Of a DNA stretch of 64,000 bases, positions 48,712 through 63,006 are shown piece by piece. Below the pieces are notes generated by a model. The model ran no database searches. It saw nothing but the letters and a program-made list of their open reading frames with translations, and was not told the origin of the DNA. This DNA is from Lytechinus pictus. Its lineage: Eukaryota. The stretch spans positions 16,804,001-16,868,000 of the forward strand of contig NC_087250.1 in NCBI RefSeq assembly GCF_037042905.1, read 5' to 3'. Each line of letters begins with the position of its first letter. The first letter of the stretch is position 1. The position numbers were made by a program, and so were the translations under genes.

Positions 48712-50824
48712 AATTACATCCTTTTAAAAGTTTAAAACAGTGACATGACATAAGCTCACTGTGGCAATTGCTCCGGGCCCTATTTTGTCCAAGGTGTTGG
48801 GTTAGGCATTAGATTTGCAATATGGGTTCGCGTTAGGTTTAGGGTAGAGTATATTGTTAGATTTAGGGTTGATGTAAGTAATTTGATTACTTAGTTTATA
48901 AAGTGTATGCATAAAATGTCACCCAAATTTATCTTTAGTTTAGTTAGATCACCACACCGGCCACATTACAGACTTCCTTCTAGTGATGACACTTCAATCT
49001 TACTCATTCCGAGAGTTGTTACAAAGGGGGAGGGGTGAGCTAGCTTTGATTTTTGTGGGCCCAAAGTATCATATTCGATCTTGTCCATCTGTCGAATTAT
49101 TTAAACATCTGAAAACATACTTATTTTTGTTGTAGTGTAATTGTAATATTGGAGAGTACTTTGTATATGTAAAGCGCATGAGGCAGTTTTAAGGTTTAAG
49201 TGATTATGCGCTATATAAGCACCAATTTATTATTATTAATTAGTGTGCAATTAATAGCGGATACATTTTCGCTAGAACAAAATGTAATGGAAACAACTTG
49301 AACGAAATATTTCATGAAAGAGGAAGCTTTAGCAATTCAAAACAGGATGCATGAAAATCAACTTTACAATCGATCACTCATTTTAAAGCAGATAGGAACC
49401 AATAGCGCCATCTTGAGTCCTCAACTACTCATACAGGCCAGTTTCCTTACCCATAATGCTAGTGTAGCCTAGTAATATAGACCTACGTGAATGATAACAT
49501 GCTAATTAACTGCTTGATTCATTTATACCGCAATAGTTATGTTACCAAGTAGGAAAACAATTACTTTTCTTCTCAAAACATTTTAGTTTCTCTGTACAAG
49601 TGCAATTATGGGTCAATTTATTCTCTGTAGTATTAGTAGATATCTGAAAACGTATATTTTAAGACTGTATTTATAACACACAGTCAATGAGAGACCACAC
49701 ACAGTTCACTCCCCTTTAACACAGGGCACAGATTGCTCTTATGCAACACACATATTAAAGCAACATGAAAAAAAAAGAGTTATGAACACTCAAAGAACTA
49801 CAAGAAAAAATAATTAATGGAACATTCAAGGTTTATTATGCTCACAATGTACATATTGGAACAGGGTATAAGCACCACATATATACATGTATGTGAAATA
49901 TAATTAATATGATGATGACTATATCAAATGGCATTTATAATCTAAAACACTAATTAAAAGAGGTTCTCTGTTTATACAAAATATCAAAGTAACTATAATA
50001 ATTTATAAGAAAAAAATAAAAGAAATAAATGATCGAGGGAGTGACAACACTATAATCATTATTCTTAAACAAACATCATTTTGAAAATAGACTTATTCTA
50101 AACATTGAACATGATACTAAAAAGGTTATATTTTTTGTATATTGGTACTCTTATATTGAAATATATTTTTTTTGTTTAAAGTTTACAATCAGGGGCTGCT
50201 CTTCATATGACAACGAGACGACTGTCCGTACCATGATTGGATCGTTCAATTAGTGAGAAAAAGAGGAAAAAGGAGAAACAAGAGAAAATGTACACGCCAA
50301 CAATAAGTTGAATTCGAACAAAAATAAATAAAGAAGAATATTGTCGGTTTGAGGAACATCCATCGAAGAAGAAGAGAGTTGTGATTTGAATTTTTTTTTT
50401 TAATTTGCGATGTTATATTCGAGGAAGTTCACCATGTATCATGTAACATAATATCTATAAACTCCAATTTTATATACGGCGAAATTTTGTCACTATTGTC
50501 ACTATATACATTTACATAAACACACACACACATATATAAAAATAAAAAAGTAAATGTTTTTGCCAATCAAAAGTTTATTCACATTTACTCAAAATTTCGC
50601 CGTTCCCTATAAGTTTGTATGTATGCGATAAAAAATGCCAAAGCTGTTTGTTTGTTGGCGATCAGTCATGTTTGACTAGCAACTCGTTCCTAATTTTTCT
50701 TCTTTCTTTTCATTTTTTCCTTCTTTCTTTCCTTTTCTTTTCCTCAATATTTACTCTCCCATTTTGTTGTATAATTATGTACTCTTAAAAATAATTGATG
50801 AAAATAACAAAATGTGCTAGTGAA

Positions 50825-52698
50825 TATAAGGAAGCAATATGTCTTTTTAAACGGTTGCAATTCTCAAATGAAAAAAAATAATTGTGGAGTTCCCCAGGGT
50901 AGTATTTTAGGCCCGATTTTGTTTATAGTTTATATTAATGATTTTTGTAGATCATCAGACGTTCTTTCTTTCATTCTCTTTGCGGACGACTCTAACTTAT
51001 TCTTTTCACATAAAAATCCTCTTCACCTTGCTAATATAATCAACTCTGAACTAGAAAATGTTACCGAATGGATAAGAGCAAATAAATTGTCACTAAATCT
51101 TCAAAAAACAAAATACATGTTGTTTAGCAACTCCATAAATACACTTCCTGTTGATATTATTTTGGATGGAACTCCCTTGGAAAATGTATCCCATATTAAG
51201 TTTCTTGGAATAACAGTCGATAATAAGCTCTCATGGAAATTTCACATAGATAACATATGTAAAACTATTTCACGCAACATTGGTATAATTAACAAGCTTA
51301 AATTTTGTTTACCATTATCGTCCCTGCTTACATTATATTCATCCCTTATATTGCCTTATTTAAATTATGGAATTTTAGCGTGGGGTAACACACAACAAAC
51401 ACTCTTAGACAAATTACTCCTATTACAAAAGAAGTCTCTACCTATTATATGTCACACGGCATATTTGTCTCATACTGACCCATTATTTTTTTAACATAGA
51501 ATATTGAAAATTAAGGACTTATATTTGTTTAATCTCGGTCAGTTTATGTATAACTATAACAACAACAACCTCCCAAATGTATTCAATTCAATGTTTCCAA
51601 AAAATCAATCCATTCACAACTATCCAACAAGGCGATTGGGTGAATTTCATTTACCACTTTTAAGAACTTTGCGGGCTCAGAACACATTTATATACGATGG
51701 ACCGAAGTTATGGAACTCACTTCATAATGATATAACAAATGCAAAATCTTTGAATTCTTTTAAGACTAAATTCAAATTATCTCTATTAAAACCTTATAAT
51801 ATACTCCCAAATTAATTTTAATTCATCATTTCTGTCAAGTCATCATCATTATTATGTCAAGTCATCATCATTATTACTTTAAACTAAAATTAAAACATAA
51901 AATTATTATCCTTTTTTTATTAAAAAAATCTGACACAAGTCCTTCTCAGATGTGCTCATTATTGTGTCTATCCTCTCCTCTATTTTCTCCTCTCCAGTCC
52001 GCTTATCCGCCTTCCTACCGGTTATTTGTTTAACGGCATCAATCACATTTTTCGTGCATTATATTCTTTCCAGGTTATTTTATATATTTTTTCTCCTCTT
52101 ATACACATCATTGAATCCAGTTTGCTTGAGTCCACGACGGCATGTGTTCTATCTACGTACAGCAGCACCCATCCATCTTCTCAGGGCATTCTCCCCCCTT
52201 TTTCCCTTTTTTTTTTCTTCTCAAGTTTTTCTGGGGGGGGGGGGTGGGAAGGGTAGATATTTTTAGGACGGGTTGTTTTGTCCTTCACCAAACTGTATAT
52301 TTTTTATTACTTTGTATTTATTTTGTGAGTATTTCCCTCTCATTTATTCATTCTTTTCTCATTTGATTATCTGTATTTATACTTTGTTATTTTGTTATTT
52401 GTTGTGTTATCTATTTCTTGAGGGGCCCACATTGTACAAGCATTGCTTTTTAGTGGGTCCCTCCATTTCCATCTTAATTTAATTTCTATTGAAAAATAGT
52501 ATATATATTTAAAACCTACAATGTGTTGCCCAAATCGTCTAAGTGTTTTTTTTTTTTTTTCACTACATATGTATAATTAATTTTGTTTGCAACAGATACA
52601 AATATTTATGTTTTATATATGGTATACAATTTGTTTTTGTTTGATGGAAGTGAAATAAATGAATTTGAATTGAATTTGAATTTGAATTGAATTTGAAA
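50825..52698 (+). mobile_element. 5'-truncated CR1/L2-clade LINE: RT fragment, 3' UTR and microsatellite tail
   Basis: GVPQGSILGPILFIVYIND and LFADD RT motifs, KFLGITVDNKLSW; frameshift near 51490; AATAAA followed by a (GAATTT/GAATT)n tail at 52655-52698. Confidence 0.88.
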
Positions 52699-53939
52699 TG
52701 GGTCGGACCGACATAAATTGTCAAATCAATCAATTTTCTGGTAAGCTAGATTGATCTATTTTGATTGAAAATGACTATTCTTAATCAGTCGGACATATAT
52801 CAATATATATATATATATATATATTGATTATACATACACACACACACACACTGACAGATTGGTTTGGCCGAATAACTGTAAGAGTGTAAAAATAAATAAC
52901 CACCAAATGTCTATAGGCCTACAACATTAGGTTCCTCATTCTAATTTTGATATTTTAAAACATTAATCGGAATAATAACATTTCAGAGAAGCAATTAAAA
53001 TAAAAATAATTTCAAAGAAAATAATAATTTGAGATGCTATTGATTATAAACATGAACATGTTTTTCTAATCAATATGTATATACGTTACAAATACAATCA
53101 CAGCTTAAGGTTAAAATTAATAATGGCAATAATTTTATACATTAGCAAAAAAATACGCTTGCTAGGAAGTTGGGTACAAATAATATCCGATAAACTTACA
53201 GATAGTGCACCTTCTGATAGTAAATCTCTCATCCTCGTTGATCCGTCTTCTATATACATAGCGAGTCTTTCCCCTTTCCGAGTTGTGATGTAAATTGCCA
53301 CCTTTCGCAAACCTCACGGACGCTAATATTAGGGTCCCCTAACACAAAAGTTGACGCTGAATCATACACTTGATTTTTACGATTGATTGTACATTATAGT
53401 CAATAGAATCAAACGTAGAAAACTGCTCTACAATCAATGCTTAGTTTTGTGTTAAAGGGGGGTTACAGGCCCTACAGATCTGCTTTTCGTGTGCAAAATT
53501 CTTCCCCGCGACACCCGCACCATACATGCATGTATTACGAATGATGGCTGGGGATATTCAAAATGCAGGACCTAAAATAGAATATGACATGGATAAGAAA
53601 GTGTTTTTTTTTTCAAACAAATCGAGTGCATATTAAGTGAGGAAAAACTTACTGAATTAAGGCTTAGATATAGATCATTACAGTCCATAGAATCGATATT
53701 GCATTTAATGTGGATTATTGATGGATGACTGGCAATTGATTCCATGGGTCAGATCACCTCTCCAGCCGAAACAATTTCGCATGCGTTGATATGTACACAG
53801 CGTATGCAATACGTTTGAACATGCGGGTTTCTTTTGTTTCTTTTGTTTACTCCTTCTACACAAACGATACGCCTCTGGGACACGATGTAATGGGCATTAT
53901 GTTTTACTTTCCCCAGAAATGAGGCATTAGACTCAAATT

Positions 53940-54242
53940 CCGGGGGGACCACTTCCATTGATGAGTGGATACCAGGCACGACCATGGGGTTTCGAAAAGT
54001 ACCCTAAACAAGGGAAGCAAGTCTTTTCCAGATTATGAAAATGCATCTTTTAACAAGTATTTGGCTTGTGAAACCCTACAAGTATTGGAAATGTATCCCC
54101 TTTTTCAGTATTTTAAACATCGTTTTTGACACCCTTATAACGTTACATAGGCCTATACGTAACATTCTTGCCCACTCTTTCCCTAGCTTTTTACGAGTGG
54201 TCGCGCCTAGTATCCACTCTTCAATGGAAGTGGGCCCCCGGG
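53940..54242. mobile_element. MITE with CCGGGGG termini
   Basis: ccggggggaccacttccattgatgagtggatac / gtatccactcttcaatggaagtgggcccccggg inverted arms. Confidence 0.65.
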
Positions 54243-55799
54243 TGGCCTCTCGAGCTCTGGGAGGAACCAAATGTGGACTTGGAAAGTCGTCCTAAATCGG
54301 ATATATCGCTGTTACCATAGTAGCAACCAGAATTTTGCACACGAAACGCAGATTGAATGTTTCCGTTCCAGATGCGAAACGAAAAAAAACTCCCATGTCA
54401 CACAATTTGCATTGCAGGACAGAGTTTTACGACCATGACGACGGGCCCAAAAGTATCTTCCAAAATCAACTACCGTCGCAAATAAGCGTTCGCGTTCTCC
54501 AACGAAAGGTCGGGAATGTTAACTAAGGACGTTAAATACATTTATATTAAGCTTAGTGTCTGTAGTGTAATTTGCATATTATGCAAAAAAGTATCCAACA
54601 TGCTATAAATATTCAAGAAAACACGCTGGTGATACATTCCTCAAAAATTGCAAAAGAATTATCGATTAAAATTGGAATATGGCAATGCCTTATAGGAGGT
54701 CTTCCTAAACACCATGATTATTAAAAGTCATAAAATAGTCAAGCATAGGAATATCAGAAAATTTGCATTTTATGCAAATTAGCCATAATAAGTTGCAAAT
54801 AAGGAAAATAATCCAAATATTGGAAATCAAGTGCAGAAAAAATCATAAATTGAACGGAAACTCATAAGTTTTACAAAATTATTTGTTTTTTCAATAAAAA
54901 CAAATCGTAAAAAATCTACCTCATTTGCATATACATGAGCATCCTTATATGGAAAAAATCCAGAAATTTTTATTTTTCCCACACAAACAGTTATGAAAAC
55001 ATTTCAGTCTAGATCAATATGATGTGATCACTAAGAATGCCCAATACATTACTAATCAGCTTAATATATGAAGTGTCATTTACATATTATGCAAATAAGC
55101 ATCCTGCATGTTATAAATATTCAAGGAAACTCGTAATGCTTTCCTCTAAATTTCCATGTAGATTATGTGTAACCATGGTGACCATCCCTACACTTCTTGC
55201 TTGGTTGATATTGACTTTCTTCGTGAGCAGTGACCCCCGGGGCAGTTACTCCACTCATATTGTGCAATGATGAGTCAGTTCTACATGAGTCCCACTGCTT
55301 GAATGCTTCATATTTCCTTCCAAGTCTTGCTCTCCTCTTGACTTGGTAGAGTCTAGTATAGTTCACGCTAGCAAGCTCCTAGATTGTCAAGTGATCAGCA
55401 CAAGATGTCACACCCAGTACAAAGCAGTACAAATTAAAGGCCGTTGGTTTCGAATATTTGGCCCTTGTAGCACACCTATTGTCTTGGTGGTGAATATGAG
55501 TACTTGCTTGGATCACGAGATCTCTGGGCATTGTTATTAAGCGTACCAATGAGCATTAGCCCATACGAGCGACATGAAAGCCATTCATAAAGTCATGAAA
55601 AGGCTTAAAGTGTACAAAGACATCTTTCTCAGAAACAGGAATCGTGATTAGACGTTCTTGCTGAATCCAGTTGCTGCTTCAGGATGAAGAATCCATTTTC
55701 TGTTCTTTACTCTTTAATAAATCTCCCAAGGATGGCAACTATCTCCAAATATTATAGCTATAGTTTCTAAGTAAATCGTATGTAAATAATACAAATTTC

Positions 55800-56910
55800 C
55801 TGATATTTATGGCAAATAGAAATTCCTCAGTGAGACAATGAACAACCAAGTAGACATTAACAGATCGAGGACTAAGCCAGATTATTGCCTTTCCAACAAG
55901 AGGACACAACATAATGGAACACCCTTACGTCACTATCAAATACCATCCAACATTGATTAAACAGTGTGTACCCATTCCGGGATTTATTTGCCACAATGTG
56001 TTATTCATGGGTATACTGTGATGGTATACAGAGGAATAAACCTTTCAGTAATTATGGTACGACTAATGATGGTCTATGTTCTTCTGGAAGAATGCTGACT
56101 TCAATAGTGTCATGCAGATGTACTTTGGACAATCATACAACTCTCTGTTCTGAAAACAAAAAGTCGATCGAGCATAGGAGATTGAATGCTAATCAAGAGG
56201 ACTTTGACAAGAACCAAACCGTTACCCATGTCTTCTTCCGACACAAGTTGCCTCAATGAGACAATTGACATAAGTTGTGTCGGAAGAAGACAAAGAGTTT
56301 TATAGGAAGGCTAGGAAAGCTTGCGCATGTTAGAGCTCCAAAAGCATCAAAAGGTAAAGCTCAGAATTGCTACAATGCATTGAAGAGGACCATAAAAAGG
56401 TTTGCAGACAGCCTATAATACATTATTTGTTGACTGGATTGACAATGATCCAGGCTGTAACAATTAGCATGTTGGGAGCCCTTGATATCATGTGCTATGA
56501 CTACATTGGATAAGCATTATTAAAGGAAGGCAAACGATTTTTTGTCTTAGTATTTACCACTGATCATGATGGGGATGACGCTAGCTGCTCTACAAGCCCT
56601 GGGACCCAGTCCTGACCCAGACATGACCAGATAACATAATATTTTATCAAGCAGATGTAGCCAAACTACTGAGGAAATTGTGAAAGAAAACAACCTGCAT
56701 GAAGCTACTAGGCCAGATGGAATCTCTGCTACATTTCTTAATGAGACTACTCATCAGATCTTACCTGCCATAAGTTTGCATTCCTGGCCTCCCTCTTTAA
56801 GCGGTGAACTTTCAAGAAAGTCTTTGTCGTTCCCATCCATACAAGAAAGGGTTGTCAACTCTTACAAACTACACACCAATTCAAATATTGTCAGACTAAC
56901 AACATGGCTT
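55800..56910 (+). pseudogene. Heavily decayed CR1-type LINE ORF2 remnant
   Basis: FPTRGHN (end of APE endonuclease) near 55890 and ATRPDGISATFLNET (KAxGPDGI motif) near 56700, with many stops between; boundaries approximate. Confidence 0.55.
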
Positions 56911-56954
56911 TAAGAACACATTTTCAGTATTTTTCCTTCAATATATAAATTATA

Positions 56955-57774
56955 CAGTGCGTCCCACAAAAAACGAAACCGAGATTTATCGATGATTTAT
57001 CATAACTTTATCACAAATACAATAGACAAATGACCTACCATTGTAAAGCTTAGAATCTCCTCTTTCATCTGAAATTACTTAGATTATTTCTCATTCACGC
57101 ATGAGTGAGCAAAAACAATTTGAAGAGGGGATACCAAAAAGTCATTTGGCGGGCTGTATCTGGGTTTCAAAAAGAAAACCACATTTCTAAAAAGTTCAAT
57201 ATCTGCTCTTTAATTTGATACCTCAATTACAGAAAATGGTCAAGAAATAAGAAAGTTCTGGTTATTTGAAATAAGGCTTGAATTTCAATAATTTCATAAA
57301 TTGAAGAGGTTTTACAGGCTAGCGTTCAAACTCACTCGACACTCCTTTTTGTTGAGGATCAGCCATGCATGAAGTCTTTTGTTAACCATGTGATAGCTTC
57401 TGTGGGAAACCGGTGAAAACACGTTTATTTAATGAAATTATGGAAATACAAGCTTTGTTTCGAGAGAACGTAACTTTTTTACTCCTTGACCATTTTTTGT
57501 GATTAAGGTATCAAATTAAAGAGCAGATATTGAACTTTTTAGGCATGTGATTTTCTTTTTAAAATTCAGATACCCCCCGCCAAATGAGTTTTTGGTATCC
57601 TTTCTTCAAATTGTTTTTGCTCACTCATGCGTGAATGAGGAATAATCTAAGTAATATCAGATGAAAGAAGAGATTCTAAGCTTTACAATGGTAGGTCATT
57701 TGTCTATTGTATTTGTGATTAAGTTATGATAAATCATCGCTAAATCTCAGTTTCGTTTTTTCTGGGACGCACTG
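56955..57774. mobile_element. Full-length Tc1/mariner-like MITE (820 bp, long TIRs, TA TSD)
   Basis: taCAGTGCGTCCCACAAAAAACGAAAC ... GTTTCGTTTTTTCTGGGACGCACTGta. Confidence 0.85.
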
Positions 57775-58570
57775 TATTAGGATAAATTTGCATGCTTAGT
57801 GAAAGCAGTATATTAATTTGAACAACTGAAATATTTTCACTGCAATCAATGTGAGAAAAATAAAAAAATTGACATTTTCCACTTATTTGCATATTAAATA
57901 TGCTAATGAGGCAGATTTGCTAGCTTTTTAAAAATAAAAACATTGAACTTATTTATTCATCATGAACTTTTGTTCAAATTTCTTGCTGTGGACATTCAAT
58001 TTGTAATTTTTGGATATTTTCCATATTTTCTATTTTTTAAGGCATATTTGCATAATATGCAAATTAATGTTCAGGAAGTGGGATTAATTCTCATGCTTTG
58101 TGATAGTAGCATCTAAATGTCAACATTAATGAAATGTTTTCAAGCAGTCTATATGAGAAAAATCACAATATCTTGACATTTTTTTCCATATAAGGATACT
58201 TATTTGCATATTATGCAAATGAGGTAGAATTTTTTGCACTTTTGATTAAAAACATTGAACTCAGTTATTTATCATGAACTTTCATTAAAAAAATGTTTTG
58301 GACACTCAATTTGTAATCTTTGGACTATTTTCCCTATTTTTCTAACTTTTTATGGCTAATTTGCACAATATGCAAATTTCATAAATTTCCACTGCATGGA
58401 TTTTTGGGAACTTTTAGTATGTTGTTAAGGGGGCCTTCCTGGAAAGCATTGCAGTGGAATATCCAGTGTTGCAATTAGTGGTGGGTTAACCCCTATTCTG
58501 GCTAGATTGACTGGACTAATAGTGTTACCACTTGTCGAGATCATGTATATGAATAATTTGTATAGCGCAT

Positions 58571-58822
58571 ACACTCTAAAAATATCGGGTAAAAGTGCTC
58601 CATGAGGGTAATGTGTCCAACCAACATTGGGCATTTCTTTTGGGCATTTTTATTTATCCAGTGTGATGAAAATATTGCCCATTCTAAAGTAATTGCTGCT
58701 CATTGTTTAACCATACTGGACAATATGCTTCCCGCATTGGGTAAAATACTGCCCCAAATTGGTTGGACACATAATTACCCTCGTGCTGGTTAAAAATGTT
58801 ATCCAATATTTTTTTTACAATG
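58571..58822 (+). mobile_element. CACT-terminated MITE family copy
   Basis: taCACTCTAAAAATATCGGGTAAAA...; aligns with 8374-8610. Confidence 0.7.
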
Positions 58823-58832
58823 TATATGTATA

Positions 58833-59635
58833 CAGTGCGTCCCACAAAAAACGAAACCGAGATTTAGAGATGATTAATCATAACTTAATCATATATATAA
58901 TAGACAAATGACCTACCAATGTAAAGCTTAGAATCTCCTCTTTCATCTTAAATTACTTAGATTATTTCTCGCTCACGCATGAGCAAAAATAATATGAAGA
59001 AAGGATACCAAAAACTCATTTAGCGGGGGGTATCTGAATTTCAAAAAGAACATATCACATGCCTAAAAAGTTCAATATCTGCGTTTTCATTTAATCACAG
59101 AAAATGGTCAAGAAGTAAAACAATTCTGTTCTCTCGAAACGATGCTTGTATTTCCATAATTTCATTAAATAAACGTGTTTTCACCGGTTTCCCACATAAG
59201 CTATCGCAAGGTAAACACAATACTTAATGCATGGCTGATCGTCAACAAAACGCAGTGTCGAGTGAGTCTGGAAGTTAGCCTGTAAAAACTCTCAATTTTA
59301 TGAAATTATTGAAATTCAAGCCTTATTTCAAACAACCGGAACTTTGTTTTTTCTCGACCATTTTTTGTATCAAATTAAAGAGGAGATATTGAACTTTTTA
59401 AAAATGTGGTTTTCTTTTTGAAACCCAGATACAGCCCACCAAGTGACTCTTTGGTATCCCCTCTTCAAATTGTTTTTGTTCACTTATGCGTGAATGAGAA
59501 ATAATCTAAGTAATTTTAGATGAAAGAGGGGATTCTAAGCTTTACAATGGTAGGTCATTTGTCTATTGTATTTGTGATTAAGTTATGATAAATCATCGAT
59601 AAATCTCGGTTTCGTTTTTTTGGGGAGACGCACTG
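58833..59635. mobile_element. Full-length Tc1/mariner-like MITE, opposite orientation to 56955-57774
   Basis: Same termini and TA flanks; the internal asymmetric core is reverse-complemented. Confidence 0.85.
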
Positions 59636-60970
59636 TATAGTTTAGGCCGAGACATGCTAGAGTCATATGGCTGAAATACTTTTTTTTCCTTTTCCTTCAA
59701 CTTTTCCCAAATCTTTCAATTAAATTTTTTTTCTCTCTTCCTTCTCATTCTCATCACTTCTCCTTTGATAACCCTGTTCTTCTTCACTAATGACGAATTC
59801 GAAAAATCACAATATTCCCTTGCGAAAAGCGCATCTAGTTTTATATCAAATACATATATGCTTATGCCCCCCCCCCATCCTATTGAAAATTTGAAAAGAA
59901 AATTAACCTTTCATAATTGTACTACAGTATGTATTATCCGATATTTCTAAGGTTACAAGCTTCAGTTTTTTTTATACATGAATTGAATAGATGAAGAATG
60001 ACAATCAAAATAATGGCCTTCGAAAAAAAAGCAGAGTTTGGTGTCAGCACCTAGCGTGTGAGCAGACGACAATTAGGTTGCACTTTCAAAAGCCACTTGT
60101 GTGTTAAAAGTATACGCGCTTGCTGGTCTTTTGCTTAATGATATATTCAGGATCGTATAAAACTTCAGATGAAGGCCTTTGATGAGTGCATCACGTGTGG
60201 CTAATTACCCTTGGAACATTATCGTTCTATCTTTGACTATTTCTTAACTTCACTTTCAAAATTCTCCCAGGTGTCAAGTGATAAAAGATACAAAAAGGTT
60301 CAGAATATAGATCATCATGCTTTATTATCATTTTTTTTTAATAGCAAGTGCACACCTAGTTAAAGAATGAATATAGCATTTAAATGCAGGATAAAAGAGC
60401 AGCACTGTCGATGAAATGTCGGGCATAGGTGTCGTGGCCGGGGATCGAACTCCGGATTTATGCCTAAATGTCAACAATAAATTCATTTATTTATTTATTT
60501 GTGTGTTTATTTTTTAATAATTTATTTAGTTGGTTAGCTACTATTTTCAGGTTTTAATCATTAATAATTAAGGATTACTATTTATTACCCTTTCATAATT
60601 TTTTTTTCAGAATTAATATTTTTTCTAAACTAAGTGCACGCTAAGGTTCAGTTAATATTCTATTCGTATGTATTACACTCTGCACATTCTAATCAATACG
60701 TACACACTATTAGACAACGAGTACTACAGAGTTACGATTTGGTGCTTTAAGATATATACTTAAATGTCATTGCTTATTTTTTTCCAGATTTTTTTTTGCA
60801 TTCAAAACTTCACTATTTCAGAATAAACAGAATGACGAAACGAAGTGTCCGCTTGCAGTTATACCTATCTATATTCGTATATGTATTACGTTCTGAACAT
60901 TGACCTGTTCTAGTTAAAACGTACACAAAGACAACGATCACAATAGTTTTACTCCTTTTAAATAGGCCTA

Positions 60971-61136
60971 CACTGTAAAAAATGAAGTGCTAATTTAGCA
61001 CTTACAGTGCTTGTATAGTGACTGCACTATGAGTCCTGATTTTCTAGTTCAATTTTAAACTAGAAAATCAACACTCATAGTGCAGTCACTATACAAGCAC
61101 TTTAAGTGCTAAATTAGCGCTTCATTTTTTACAGTG
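60971..61136. mobile_element. Fully palindromic CACTG-terminated MITE (copy 2)
   Basis: taCACTGTAAAAAATGAAGTGCTAATTTAGCAC...TTTTTACAGTGta; matches 2386-2559. Confidence 0.8.
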
Positions 61137-61988
61137 TATATACGCCTAGAATTATGAGACTTTGAGATATATCTCCTCATATGTTTAATATCCGCATTTA
61201 TTGTGAGCAAATAAAATTGGGATGATTCCCACTTCTCTTTTTTCAAGACAGATCACTTTTCAGTTTATATCCCATAAAACTATAGCGGCGTCACATGTCG
61301 CTGCCAAAGGTTACAACGCACTTGTGTATTATTTTGTATTTGTTTAGAAATTGGGAGCTACATTCATTAATTTGCATTTCGTTGTCCCTCCATCCTATTT
61401 ATCACCATGGATAGTGATACACATTCATCTTAAATTGATTTTATATTTGATGACAATTTGATTGCTCAATAATATAATCTTTGCTTTCGTGCCAGCCCTC
61501 GCGACCTCGAAAGAATCTAAATTTGTATCGCGTGATTATTGACTCAAACTTGACCTTAACGTGAAGGGTTGATTTCTTCTAAAATTTTCTGCCGGTATCA
61601 TCAACTGGCTCGATATGGTCAAGTATACAGGATAGATTTTCTTTAAATACTTTCATATTCTGTGAGGTTTGTATCACTCGTCGGTTAATAGGAGATCACT
61701 GCGAAAAGCTGATAGAAAATCGATCCTCTAGTCTCTTCCTCGAGTTGCCGAATTGTAAGGTGAGTATCTTTATCTTTGTAATTTGTGCCAGAGTCGCCCT
61801 ATATAGCCTCTTGTCGAGACCCTGGCAGCTGATATACTCCACCTCGCGAATCGAGCGCTTGCCAGAGTCAAGGTATCCCTTATTTCGCTAGGGATCATAA
61901 TCGACGAAAAGCAGCTAGCAGGGCCTCGAAAAAAAGGCTAAATTCACCCCAACGTATAACCAACCCAGTCGGCCGAAACTTCTACTTT

Positions 61989-63006
61989 CACTGCAAAAAC
62001 TCTGGTGTTGATTTAACACCAGCCCGGAATGTATATGTCCACACCAGAGAAATATTGAAACAACACCAGTTTGGAATCAAACTGATGCTGTTTTAATACC
62101 AATTGGTGTTGTATAAACACCTTTTGGGTGTTAGACCAAAACCAAACTGGTGTTGTTTAACACTTGTCTGGTGTGGACAAGAGCTCACTTGCAATAGGGG
62201 TTAGGTCCATTTTTCATCAAATTCGATTTTTATATCTCAATGTATAGATTTTTAGTAGCTATATAAGATGATACCAAACAAAAGTTGAATTTCATATTAA
62301 AAAGTGAACTAAAATGGCAAAGAAAAATCACTTTTTTTTTCAAAAGGGTTTAGGTCCATTTCAGTTTAGTTGCAAAGGGGGTTAGGTCCACACATATTTT
62401 TGGAAAAGAATATCTTTAAAAATATGAAGACAGGTAAATTTCTTTTATACCCAATTTTATTTTCTCATGGTAGGGTATCATGAACATTCAGTTTCGCATA
62501 AGAATATTGCAATAGGGGAGAATTAAAAAAAAATATTTTCTTGGAGTGGACCTAACCCCTTTTGCAACTAAACTCTTCTGAAGAACTCATTTGTCAAAAG
62601 GGGTTAGGTCTATTTTTCATAATTTTTTTTATTGTTTTCTGTCTCTAAACCTCTAAATTTTTTGTAACTCTGATACAAAAGAAAATTTGAAATTCAAATG
62701 AAAACGTGAATGAAAGTGGCAAAGAAAAATAACTTTTTTAATTAAAAGAGATTGGATTCATTTCACTTTACTTGCAAAAGGGGTTAGGTCCACAATGATA
62801 TTTTTTTGAAAAATATATAGAAAAAAATGAAGACAGGTAGATTTCTTTTATACCCAATTTTATGTTCACATGATAGGGAAGTACATCATGATAATTTAGT
62901 TTCTCATAAGAATATTGCAATAAATGAGAATAAAAAACATGTTTTCCAACTAAACTCTTCTATAGATTCCGGGCTGGTGTTAAATCAACACCGGAGTTTT
63001 TTCAGT
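61989..63006. mobile_element. CACTG-type MITE interrupted by a tandem dimer of a GAAGAG-ended element (62180-62960)
   Basis: Left arm ccagcccggaatgtatatgtccacaccaga; the right arm is split into tctggtgtggaca | tatagattccgggctgg by two ~390-bp units carrying ggggttaggtcc repeats. Confidence 0.7.

Noticed and set aside
50814..51815. Functional reverse transcriptase gene or retron-like system
   Set aside because: 5'-truncated, frameshifted non-LTR retrotransposon copy with a typical 3' UTR and microsatellite tail.
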